From the IMG/VR virus record IMGVR_UViG_3300049215_000771, positions 372,001-436,000 of that record: a stretch of 64,000 nucleotides of DNA; one strand, given 5' to 3'. Made by a program: the position numbers and the translations under genes. Of this stretch, positions 27,428-36,299 are shown one piece after another (within the stretch, counting starts at the first letter, position 1; each line of letters starts with the position of its first letter). Below the pieces are notes generated by a model, which ran no database searches, was not told where the DNA came from, and was given only the letters and a program-made list of their open reading frames with translations.

Positions 27428-28033
27428 TCATCCTTTTTTCTTGTTGTACAACCAGGAAGAAAACGACTCGGCCTTGACGCCGAAGTGTGCGGAAATGGCT
27501 TTCAGGTATGCGGGAATAGCCTCCTTCAACTTAGGATGGAGGCGGTAATCGTCAAGATCGTCGAATGGAATCCACTTGTAGTCACTGTGTTCGTCGCTCA
27601 GTTTGATCTTGAACTCCTTGGGGACCGCCATCAGAAAAACGTGGAAATGGTATGCCTTGTCCTTCATGTCAAAATGACCGAACTGCTTGGCATCAGGCAA
27701 CTTACCGATTTCCTCCCCTGTCTCTCGAATGGCGCAGTCCATCGGCGTTTCGCCGTCGTCTGCCCGTCCACCAGGGATGCACCACGTTTCTTTTTCGTCG
27801 CCTTTCTCTCGCTTGAGCAACAAGATGCTCTTCCCGTCCGTGTAAATGATGCCGGCTCCGAGCCGGCCCAGGTCGCCCTTGCCCTTGCCCTCAAAAAGAT
27901 CGGTGATCGTTGGGAAGACTTCTTCTCGTGTGATCCCCCATTCTGCGCATAGTGAACAAATGGCCCCCTGGCAGTGAATCCAGGAAGAAGAAACTGGCTT
28001 CCCGCAGTTGCAGCAGATGTTATAATCGGTCAT
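27428..28033 (-). CDS. Nudix hydrolase with N-terminal Zn finger
   Basis: Nudix box GGRADDGETPMDCAIRETGEEIG; LSDEHSDYKW; CCNC...CSLC. Confidence 0.92.
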   Translation of the reverse strand: MTDYNICCNCGKPVSSSWIHCQGAICSLCAEWGITREEVFPTITDLFEGKGKGDLGRLGAGIIYTDGKSILLLKREKGDEKETWCIPGGRADDGETPMDCAIRETGEEIGKLPDAKQFGHFDMKDKAYHFHVFLMAVPKEFKIKLSDEHSDYKWIPFDDLDDYRLHPKLKEAIPAYLKAISAHFGVKAESFSSWLYNKKKG

Positions 28034-28623
28034 GTTTTCGGGCCTCGCTTGAGCGGGACGGGTTTCAGCTTCTCCATGTGACGGTCAGGCTCGTTCCTGA
28101 CCGAGTGCATGAGGTTGTGCAGTTCCTTGGCGACATCAGCCGCCGAGTCCCCCGTGCATTTCCTGCTGTGCTGGAGGGAAGTGGTTTTTCGTTCACGGTT
28201 ATAGAAACCCTTGGATATTACGAAGCAGTTATGCTCGTGGTTCCAGGTGACGACGCCGCACCATTCGCCATCGTCCCAATTGCGGCTCGATACCATGAGC
28301 CGCAATGGTTTCTCCGTGAATACATGCTTGGTATGGAAACCGTGGTTCTTCAAGGCTGCCGATACATATCCGAGTGCGATCTTGGCGAACCCTTCTTGCG
28401 CTTCTGCCGCCGTGGTTCTGAAGTTGACCTCAATGGCGTATCGAGAAGTTTCCACAGCTTCGACGAGGTTTTCCTGACGATATTCGTATACAGTTTTCAT
28501 GTCACCACGCAGCGTTGCCTTGAAATACTCCAGGCATATGCGTGCGAATTCCTCTCGGCTGATCGTTTTGATGACAGCCGGATCGACAGTTAGTTCATCT
28601 TTCCAGTCTTGGAAACTCTTCAT
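28030..28623 (-). CDS. hypothetical protein with CTS-like N-terminus
   Basis: MKSFQDWKDE start with GGAGG RBS. Confidence 0.8.
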   Translation of the reverse strand: MKSFQDWKDELTVDPAVIKTISREEFARICLEYFKATLRGDMKTVYEYRQENLVEAVETSRYAIEVNFRTTAAEAQEGFAKIALGYVSAALKNHGFHTKHVFTEKPLRLMVSSRNWDDGEWCGVVTWNHEHNCFVISKGFYNRERKTTSLQHSRKCTGDSAADVAKELHNLMHSVRNEPDRHMEKLKPVPLKRGPKT

Positions 28624-28850
28624 CAATATCCTCCAGCCACTCTCGACGGCACGGCGAACAACTGATTCGTCTGCTGGGCCGGGACGGGGTAGCCCACGGT
28701 ATCCCTTGGCTTTTTCTTCTTGCATGGGCAGTCGGGCGGCAGTTGAACCTTTCTGTTCAACACTTCGTCATTCTCCAGCCATTGTCTGAAGGTTATCCCC
28801 AGGTCGGGCCGAGAACATCGCCGAATCTCGTTATCAGCCTTTCTTCCCAT
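28623..28850 (-). CDS. small protein with internal CTS-like motif; start uncertain
   Basis: ITFRQWLENDE; stop TGA overlaps the next ATG. Confidence 0.45.
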   Translation of the reverse strand: MGRKADNEIRRCSRPDLGITFRQWLENDEVLNRKVQLPPDCPCKKKKPRDTVGYPVPAQQTNQLFAVPSRVAGGY

Positions 28851-29668
28851 TCTTCCTTCTCCTTAGTGCCACGCTGAAGAATATCTTGTCCGTTCAACTG
28901 GACACCGCCGTTTGGTCCTGGCGGGTTCTGAATACGGGAACGAATCTCACCCAACATAATCCGAGCGAAAGCCAAGGCACCTTCCTGCATGGCTTGCTTC
29001 ACTTCCCTGAAGTTCGCTTTCTTCTGTAGATAGTGGACAACAACTGTATATGTACGGAAAGGAACAGGGTACAACTTCACATGGTTGTAACCACCCAGCC
29101 ATTCCCAACCGCCCTGCTGAGAAGAAATACGCTGGAACATGGCCTCGTATTGCTTGTAGAGTACCCACTCCGACATCTTGCCCCACACAGGTTGCTGTGG
29201 GTTGATACCACCAGCGATGGAGCCATAAGCACCAGCACCCATGTACTCCAGGGGGATAACGCCGCCCAGGTCAGAGGCCGAGAAAGCATAGACCGGCGTG
29301 CTGAGGTAAGAAACCTTGCGGATCAAACCAACATCTGGCGGCATCTCGTAAACGCTTTGGCCGGGGACGGTGTTGAAGGTGTGATACTGAAAGTATTCCA
29401 TCGGGGCGTAATCTTCAAAAATCATCAACGCCTCATCGACGGCCAAATCCAATTGTTGTTCATCAAGTTCCAATTTAATTGATGGCGCACCGAGCATACC
29501 TAGAACATAATGCTTGATCTGCTCACGAACGACCTCCCGTTCCTTCCTGGGACCGAGCAAGCGGACGTAAGTTGGATCGCATGGACCCAATGAGTTACAG
29601 TTGTTGCATTGAGCGTTGGCGTAGTCGGCCTTGGTAGGTCTGGAAACAAACAGCATATTGTGGTTCAT
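28793..29668 (-). CDS. gp13: neck protein, T4 gp13-like
   Basis: IKHYVLGMLGAPSIKLELDEQQL, LGEIRSR, PGPNGGVQLNG; TATATA 5 nt upstream of ATG 29668. Confidence 0.8.
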   Translation of the reverse strand: MNHNMLFVSRPTKADYANAQCNNCNSLGPCDPTYVRLLGPRKEREVVREQIKHYVLGMLGAPSIKLELDEQQLDLAVDEALMIFEDYAPMEYFQYHTFNTVPGQSVYEMPPDVGLIRKVSYLSTPVYAFSASDLGGVIPLEYMGAGAYGSIAGGINPQQPVWGKMSEWVLYKQYEAMFQRISSQQGGWEWLGGYNHVKLYPVPFRTYTVVVHYLQKKANFREVKQAMQEGALAFARIMLGEIRSRIQNPPGPNGGVQLNGQDILQRGTKEKEEWEERLITRFGDVLGPTWG

Positions 29669-29690
29669 GAAGCTATATACCGATACAGAA

Positions 29691-32561
29691 ATGAAATCTC
29701 TAAAGGATAGACGAGGCATGTTGCAAGAGACTTCCGTGACATTCAGGGACTTTTTCCAAGACAAGTTCTTCCATGTAGACAGGAAGTACGTCGATATTAC
29801 TATGTCCAACGTCCTGGCTGAAATGGCCGTCCCCCTGGACATCCAGAAGCTCCCTATTAAGCCAGACAAAGATGACATTGCCTTCCTACAACAATTTCCT
29901 GCACAGTATTGGGCACAAGCACTCCATCAGCGTTACTATGACGACCTTCGCAATGCCCTGAAAGATCGGGAAGCCCGTCGTGCGCCGGTCGAGAAACGAT
30001 TGTACGGACTTCTCAAACGAGCCTTCTTCACCGGCAACTACGATAAACTCCGTGGTCAGGTATCTGAAGAAATGATGACTCGCCTTGCGAACGGCGACTT
30101 CAAGCACGTCGTTGGGGATGACGATCTCACCGAGAAAGCCGCTCGCAAGTGGGCCGAACTCGAAACTGAGAAGCATACGCCTCATGCCAACCCGCCAGAA
30201 ACAGAAGAAGGTCTGCCGCCTGGCTACAAGCGATACACCTTCAAGGTAAGTCGCAATGGCAACAAAACTGTATCGTTCGTCGCCAAACCAGAAATAAACA
30301 GATTGGTTCACAAACTGGAACGTACAAGGGGACATGAACATCACCCGGAATCCGGGTTGCCGCAACTTGGCATGACTCACGGACAGTACGGGTACGACTT
30401 GTACGGACTTCAGGATGGCGATGATGCGCATCCACACGTCACTCGTGGTATGCAGCTTCCTCCACGAGATGAAGTTGCCACCCGTATGAGCGACTACCTG
30501 AACCACAACGCCCACCAGATGTACGGCAAGATCAAGGCTGACGATCCAGATATTACCTGGAAGCCAGTCGGGTCTGGCCGCACTATGTACAAAGACAATT
30601 GGGCCTGGAAGAAAATATACAACAAGATATTTTCCGGTTGGAACTCTCGCCTGTCTTCCGCCGAGCCTGGCAGCCTCACGCTGCCCAATGGGGATCGTGT
30701 GCCGCCAGAAGGAGGTTTCAGGTCTGAAAATCAGCGACGTGCCACAGCCCACAGGTTGGCAATGGCTGATACCATCAAGATGGCAGAAGAAGGCAAACTC
30801 AAAGGTCCGCCGATCCCAGGGATCGCCCCGGAAGGTTTACCTGTGAAGGTAAAATCGGAAGGCGGCAAGAAGAAACTCGATGCCCCGCCGCTTTACCTGC
30901 CGCACAAGAAGATGCCGGTTCGTGTCAAGAATGGTAATGGACCGCCAACGGTAGAAATGCACGATGTACCACTGGTCAATCCGATGGAATATCTCCGTCA
31001 GTTGGGCAGCGAGCCGGAAGACTACGACAAGGAAACCGGCATGATGTTGGTTCCAAATGACCAGCTTCGTGGACACAACCAAGACTACGTTCACGTTCCT
31101 CACAACGAGTTCAAGAAAGCCAAAGGCTACCTTGCTGGGGGCGCTCTGCATGTTACTCACAACTCAGCCGGTCGTATGCACCTTGATCCCTCCGATCCTG
31201 AATACCAGGAACGGAAGGAACACATTGAAAGCGAGATGCAGCAAACAGGGCTGAACGCCAAGAATGAGCCAGCACAAAATGGTGAGGGCGAATACTTCTA
31301 CGACATCGTGAAGGGCATCTGGAACTGTATTCGTAGTGCCTGCGGTGGTATGACGAATCACGAAGTCGAGATCATGAAGCAAAACGTACACGATCTTCAC
31401 CAGATGGTGTATCAGCGCATGATGATGAATCTTCGTGATGAACGCCTTGACACACCGAAAGGTCGGAGGGCTTTCGCTCGTAACGTCGCTTCTAGCTGGG
31501 CACAACAAGATTTGGGTGCGGGTGGTGGAACTCGTAGGCTTCGTCGTTTGAGCCAAGATGCTCGCAGTGCCAGTATGGACGCAACAACTCAGGGTGAAAG
31601 CGGCGACAGCCTCAGCTTGCGTGACTCCATTCAACAAAGGATGAGAGACAAAGATTCCGGCGAGGCCAAGATTGGTCAGGGTGAGAAGATTCGTCCTGGG
31701 GCTGGGCAGCACGCCTTCCCGTACAACATCGACAACTTGAGAACCACGATTGCCGAAATGGAGCGTGAAGCCCAAGAAGTTGACCAGGCTCGTGACCAAG
31801 CTATTCAGATGAGCAAGTCGCAGATTAGCGACGAGATTGCCGACCTGATCGGCGATGCTATTGCTGACAAGGCTGCGTTGACCATCAAGTTGGAGTATTT
31901 GCTCACTCAGTTGTACCTGCACGCTGGTTCGCCGGCCAACGAAGCCGAGTTTCAGGCCAAGGCCAAAGTCGAACAATACTCCCAAGGCAAAACGGCCAAG
32001 AAAATGATCGCCGCTTTCAAAGGCGATGCAGATATTCGGCAGATGTTGGCAGCCCCGGAAGGCCAACAGGGACCAGGCCAGCAGATGAGTCTGGCGCAAA
32101 AAGATGCTGTAGAAAGACTTGATGGAATCCTGAAGCAACTTCCACCAAACAAGCTGAAGGAGCCAGCCACGCAGCAAATGATCGACAACTACATTTCTGA
32201 GCAACCGCCAGAAGTGCAGGCTGTATTGAAGCCAATGGCAGATAAAGCGTTTGGCAGGGCTGCACCTGCGCAACCCGCTGCACAACCACAAGCGAAAAAA
32301 ACTCAACCTTCAGCCGGTGGCCCGCAGGACGAAGCAAACGCTATGATTCGTTCGCAGAATTGGCTCGGACTAGCCAACAACGCTTATTTCCTACACGTTG
32401 CCAACAAAGTACAGCTTCAGGCTATCATTGGCAAGTTGGAAGCAGCGATGCAGTCCTTGCAGGGCTTTGACCGTGACAACCACGAGTTTGCTGTTGCCCA
32501 TTTGAGAACATTGCTCAGGCAACGGCAGGCTCCAAAAACAGGATTGGACAAGATACAATGA
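29691..32561 (+). CDS. large putative virion-internal protein
   Basis: About 956 aa; CTATATA upstream; TFRDFF CTS-like motif; Q/A/P-rich C-terminus; internal sigma-like segment. Confidence 0.8.
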   Translation: MKSLKDRRGMLQETSVTFRDFFQDKFFHVDRKYVDITMSNVLAEMAVPLDIQKLPIKPDKDDIAFLQQFPAQYWAQALHQRYYDDLRNALKDREARRAPVEKRLYGLLKRAFFTGNYDKLRGQVSEEMMTRLANGDFKHVVGDDDLTEKAARKWAELETEKHTPHANPPETEEGLPPGYKRYTFKVSRNGNKTVSFVAKPEINRLVHKLERTRGHEHHPESGLPQLGMTHGQYGYDLYGLQDGDDAHPHVTRGMQLPPRDEVATRMSDYLNHNAHQMYGKIKADDPDITWKPVGSGRTMYKDNWAWKKIYNKIFSGWNSRLSSAEPGSLTLPNGDRVPPEGGFRSENQRRATAHRLAMADTIKMAEEGKLKGPPIPGIAPEGLPVKVKSEGGKKKLDAPPLYLPHKKMPVRVKNGNGPPTVEMHDVPLVNPMEYLRQLGSEPEDYDKETGMMLVPNDQLRGHNQDYVHVPHNEFKKAKGYLAGGALHVTHNSAGRMHLDPSDPEYQERKEHIESEMQQTGLNAKNEPAQNGEGEYFYDIVKGIWNCIRSACGGMTNHEVEIMKQNVHDLHQMVYQRMMMNLRDERLDTPKGRRAFARNVASSWAQQDLGAGGGTRRLRRLSQDARSASMDATTQGESGDSLSLRDSIQQRMRDKDSGEAKIGQGEKIRPGAGQHAFPYNIDNLRTTIAEMEREAQEVDQARDQAIQMSKSQISDEIADLIGDAIADKAALTIKLEYLLTQLYLHAGSPANEAEFQAKAKVEQYSQGKTAKKMIAAFKGDADIRQMLAAPEGQQGPGQQMSLAQKDAVERLDGILKQLPPNKLKEPATQQMIDNYISEQPPEVQAVLKPMADKAFGRAAPAQPAAQPQAKKTQPSAGGPQDEANAMIRSQNWLGLANNAYFLHVANKVQLQAIIGKLEAAMQSLQGFDRDNHEFAVAHLRTLLRQRQAPKTGLDKIQ

Positions 32562-32776
32562 TAAGCTACAAGGAATGGCGTAGGTTGAGAGAAATGGCTG
32601 GCACTGGAGCTATATGGCCGGGCGGCAAAGAAAAAGGCCAAGTTCCCGCCGCTGCGCCAACCAAGAAAAATCCACTGCCCGCCAACAAACGAGACTACAA
32701 CTGGTGGGGTGCCCCTGAAACGGCGGGCATGACTCAGGGCCAAGCTAAAGCCGAAATGGAGAAAGATACGAAATGA
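32558..32776 (+). CDS. small CTS-bearing protein
   Basis: MISYKEWRRLRE start; ATGA coupling. Confidence 0.8.
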   Translation: MISYKEWRRLREMAGTGAIWPGGKEKGQVPAAAPTKKNPLPANKRDYNWWGAPETAGMTQGQAKAEMEKDTK

Positions 32777-33033
32777 ATTGGCTGACAATGTTGGCGAATC
32801 CCAAAGGATTTGCCATCCGAAAGATGATGTTCGAGTTTTTGAAGGAAAGATATGGGCGAAATGACCAGATCGTTGAACGCCTGTCGGCTTCTTTGACAAC
32901 TGAAGGAGACGTGCAGGCGTTCATTAAACTGATGATTGATGTCTACGAGAAAGGCTACATGCAGGCGGTCGATGACCATAAAGAACAATTAGCCAAGATC
33001 GGATTGAAAGTCAGTGTCAAACCACCGAGCTAA
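32773..33033 (+). CDS. hypothetical protein
   Basis: ATGA coupling. Confidence 0.75.
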   Translation: MNWLTMLANPKGFAIRKMMFEFLKERYGRNDQIVERLSASLTTEGDVQAFIKLMIDVYEKGYMQAVDDHKEQLAKIGLKVSVKPPS

Positions 33034-33698
33034 TCGACGTTATCAAACGCAGGTGTGAAATCGGATGGATAGCCGGCCATCAACCAGCCACCATTTTTTT
33101 CTTCAAGTTCTTGAACCCTCCACCACCTTTGAGCGTCCATCACGCCATCTCTTCTCTTTTTGGGATAAACCACAGAACCTTTCGTCACCAATGCCACGTT
33201 TGTCCACAGAACGATGCGCATATCTTCTTCTTCGAGAATGACACCCTCGAATGAAAATGGTTTGCCATACTGAATTGTTTGATATTTCTCGCCGTACATA
33301 CCATCACGGCGGTCACGCATGGTTGCTGGCAAACAATACATGAAAGTTTTGTTTCTGTCGGGGACGGAAGATTTTTTCCGAGGTTGTTCTGGTTCGGGAA
33401 CGAACTTAACGGGTTCTTCTTTGACTTCGGGGAGTGGCTGTGAGGGTTTTTCCTCAATGGGAGCGGGTCGTTGTTCGGTTACAACGATGTCTGGTTTGGT
33501 TTCAGCCAACGCCTGGGCGAAATCATCCCGAAGGTTGAAATCGCTCTCCATAGTGTTGATTTCTCGATCATCGAGAGCAGTTTCGGGCTGAAACTTCATA
33601 TTGTGAACCTGGAAATCTTGCCAGGTTTCCTGACCCTTCATCATTGGATTGGGGCCACGCAATTTGTACAGTGTGCCGTCACGATTCTTCAGTGCCAT
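33030..33698 (-). CDS. late hypothetical protein, N-terminus similar to the gp14-like protein
   Basis: MALKNRDGTLYKLRG vs MTILNPDGTPYKLTG (35042); TATATA-GAGT-ATG. Confidence 0.75.
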   Translation of the reverse strand: MALKNRDGTLYKLRGPNPMMKGQETWQDFQVHNMKFQPETALDDREINTMESDFNLRDDFAQALAETKPDIVVTEQRPAPIEEKPSQPLPEVKEEPVKFVPEPEQPRKKSSVPDRNKTFMYCLPATMRDRRDGMYGEKYQTIQYGKPFSFEGVILEEEDMRIVLWTNVALVTKGSVVYPKKRRDGVMDAQRWWRVQELEEKNGGWLMAGYPSDFTPAFDNVD

Positions 33699-33727
33699 AC
33701 TCTATATACGTTGAGAGGAGATAACCT

Positions 33728-34162
33728 ATGTCAATAGTAGTGCCAAATACAGCCGAATGTCTCATGTTGCAGTACATCACCAACATGATCGGCCAGGACG
33801 GTGGATCAGCACCATCTGGCGGGCAGCGGTGTCTCCGCTTGTTCACGAACAACATAACTCCAGGCGATACAACCGCCATCAATGACTTAACTGAAGCTAC
33901 TACTCCAACAGGTTATCAGCCGATCACTTTGGCTGGCGCTAGTTGGACGACAGTTATCACAAACGGCTCAGGACTTGCTGTTTACAGTCAACAAATCTTC
34001 ACATTCACAACGGGCGTGACTCTCTACGGTTATTATGTAACCACGATTGGCGTATCGCCACAACTATTGTGGGTGGAAGTATTCACCAACACTCCTTGGA
34101 CCTTACCAGATGGTGGAGGTCAGGTAGGTGTAACCCCACAGTTCGCAATGAACAACCCTTGA
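33728..34162 (+). CDS. putative virion structural protein
   Basis: T/G-rich; LRLFTNNITP, GYQPITL, YGYYV; GAGGAG RBS. Confidence 0.7.
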   Translation: MSIVVPNTAECLMLQYITNMIGQDGGSAPSGGQRCLRLFTNNITPGDTTAINDLTEATTPTGYQPITLAGASWTTVITNGSGLAVYSQQIFTFTTGVTLYGYYVTTIGVSPQLLWVEVFTNTPWTLPDGGGQVGVTPQFAMNNP

Positions 34163-34180
34163 TACCAGAAATCACACTTC

Positions 34181-34211
34181 AACCCGTCCTCATTTTGAGG
34201 ACGGGTTTTTT
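34181..34211 (+). terminator. intrinsic terminator
   Basis: AACCCGTCCTCA-TTT-TGAGGACGGGTT followed by a T-run. Confidence 0.8.
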
Positions 34212-34235
34212 GTTGCCGAACTCCTAAATACCCCC

Positions 34236-35045
34236 ATGATGGACACAACATTCAGACTTTGGCTAATCGACGAGGACTGGCGATCTCTGCTTGGCGCTAT
34301 CCTCCTGGAAACCGACGCCTTCGATGCGGCGATGGTTTCTTTCAATGCGCAGTTCGCACAAGCATTCGGTGGCATCCGTAAGAATTGGTTCGGCATTCTC
34401 ATTAGTCAGGCACAGCGCTACGCCCAAGGTCAGGACATCTTGACGGTCGCCAGCGATGCTGCCCAAGAAATGTTGCAACTACTACAAACCAAACCAGCCG
34501 GCGACCAGTTCGTTCAGGGTGTAGAACATATCCTCGCCATACCGGACGAAACACAGAAAGCAGAAGAACTAACAAACTTCTTCGCCACAGCAGGTCGATT
34601 GCGTGTCCGTCGTCATGCAGGCCAGTTCCATCGGCGACGGGATCAAATGACGACACACTTCAGCGCTATTGACGGAGGTTCGGCGAGCGGCGGTTCTGCT
34701 GTAAACAATGTCCGAGATAGAAGTTCTCCGACTGACTCCGAAGACCGCATGGAGTCTTTGCGTCGTGGCATCATGATGGAACTAGAGAAGATGAAACAAA
34801 GCGCTAACGATAAGCGCACCAAGGAGCGTTTCGAGTTGGCGAAACGGGTCGCCGAGAAGCGAATGGAGAACCCGCCTGAGTTTCCTGGCCTGGACGAACT
34901 GGAAGGAATGTTCCCGGAAGTGGGCAGAACGAAGTTGTTTCAGATTTTGCAAGACATTCAGGCTGCGGCCACGGCTGCGGCGTCGAAGATCGGCATTGAC
35001 ACTGCTAGTATTCAGGATGCAAAAAGGGCCAGGAAACACGGATGA
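34236..35045 (+). CDS. CTS-bearing protein with ECF-sigma-like features
   Basis: MMDTTFRLWLIDE; ASDAAQEML; C-terminal HTH-like GLDELEGMFPEVGRTKLFQILQDI; CTAAATA 5 nt upstream. Confidence 0.6.
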   Translation: MMDTTFRLWLIDEDWRSLLGAILLETDAFDAAMVSFNAQFAQAFGGIRKNWFGILISQAQRYAQGQDILTVASDAAQEMLQLLQTKPAGDQFVQGVEHILAIPDETQKAEELTNFFATAGRLRVRRHAGQFHRRRDQMTTHFSAIDGGSASGGSAVNNVRDRSSPTDSEDRMESLRRGIMMELEKMKQSANDKRTKERFELAKRVAEKRMENPPEFPGLDELEGMFPEVGRTKLFQILQDIQAAATAAASKIGIDTASIQDAKRARKHG

Positions 35046-35584
35046 CGATATTGAACCCGGATGGGACTCCTTACAAGCTGACGGGAAGCATCGAACAGTT
35101 TGATCCAAATGATCCAGAACATGAGTTATTCAACTTGTGGGATCAGGAGGCTATCAGACAGGGTGGATCGCCCATTCTCTACTACGAGGTAATCATCTCG
35201 CCGCAAGATGTTGATCCACAATACCTGGAAGCTAGAAACAAGAGATTCAGCCAATTCCCGGTGTCGTTGTATTGCAGCTACGATCCGAAGAACGCCCAAA
35301 ACTTGGTAAATGCCTTCGGCATCGACGCTCCTGATGAATTGGAGATTGAATTCAACTACAGGGACGTGTTGCAGAAGGTAGGGCACCCACCCAAAATTGG
35401 GTCGAGGTTATACACTCCTCACCTGCGGGAAAATTGGGTAATCATTCAAAGGAACCTTGGTGAGTTCAAGATGTGGGGTGCGTTGCGTTTGACAATCATC
35501 GCACAAAGGTTCCAGGAATCTACAACTACCGGCGAAGGAAAAGTTACACAAAAAAATCCAACGCCCAAGTACAAGATCATCTAA
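35042..35584 (+). CDS. gp14: neck/head-closure protein, T4 gp14-like
   Basis: QEAIRQGG..I.YY, FGIDAPDEL, PKIGSRLY; position near gp13/gp15. Confidence 0.7.
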   Translation: MTILNPDGTPYKLTGSIEQFDPNDPEHELFNLWDQEAIRQGGSPILYYEVIISPQDVDPQYLEARNKRFSQFPVSLYCSYDPKNAQNLVNAFGIDAPDELEIEFNYRDVLQKVGHPPKIGSRLYTPHLRENWVIIQRNLGEFKMWGALRLTIIAQRFQESTTTGEGKVTQKNPTPKYKII

Positions 35585-35592
35585 GGAGCATC

Positions 35593-36072
35593 ATGAAGTC
35601 ATTCTACAAGTTCTATCAGCAAGTTCTCAAAGAAGCAGCCGCTCCTGTTGGGCAGAATTCAGGTCAGCCACAGGCGGCAGGTGGAGCGCCAGGTGGCGCT
35701 GCCCCACCAGCACCAGGAACAGCAGCCCCTCCTGGCCAACCGCCAGCGCCTCCAGGACAAGGGGCACCAGGTCAGCCAGGTCAGCCAGGTCAACAAGGTC
35801 AGCAAGGTGGAGGCGGACAAGGTGTAGCCCCACCAGTACCGCCTCCTGATCCGGCAGTACAACAAATTCAACAATTACTCAATCCGCTGGCGGCGCAACT
35901 TCAGGGACACATTGAGAAGATTCAAGACCCGAAGGTGAAGGAAGCCCTGAAAAGTGTGTTGGGTCAAGGAGGCAATAACCAACAGCATCAGGCTGCTGGA
36001 AATGCACAACCGAAACCGCAACCTGTCCAACCTCCAGCACAGGCAGGCGCAGCAAAACAGCCCGGTCAATAG
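35593..36072 (+). CDS. CTS-bearing Q/P/G/A low-complexity protein
   Basis: MKSFYKFYQQVLKE then PGQ repeats; AAGGAG RBS. Confidence 0.8.
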   Translation: MKSFYKFYQQVLKEAAAPVGQNSGQPQAAGGAPGGAAPPAPGTAAPPGQPPAPPGQGAPGQPGQPGQQGQQGGGGQGVAPPVPPPDPAVQQIQQLLNPLAAQLQGHIEKIQDPKVKEALKSVLGQGGNNQQHQAAGNAQPKPQPVQPPAQAGAAKQPGQ

Positions 36073-36299
36073 CAAGCTGACTCCCGTGTACATTCGTGAT
36101 GAACGCACACGGGAGTTTTGGTTTGGGGAGTTGTGCTGGTGGGTCTAAGTAGTTGATGTAGATTTTTGGTTGTACGCCTTCACGTCTTTTGATTTTGCAA
36201 GCCTTCATTTTTCTCCAGATTCACGACAAGTCATCTCTTTTAGTTTTAGACGCCGATTTTTGCGGCTTAATACCCTATCTACCTTATTAGAGGAGTTAC

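Noticed and set aside
35690-35830. CCAGGTCAG tandem repeats
   Set aside because: Coding PGQ repeats of the 35593 protein, not a separate DNA element
35879-36208. 109-aa minus-strand ORF with GGAG RBS
   Set aside because: Overlaps the 35593 gene antisense by about 190 nt and has no motif; it may be real but cannot be supported
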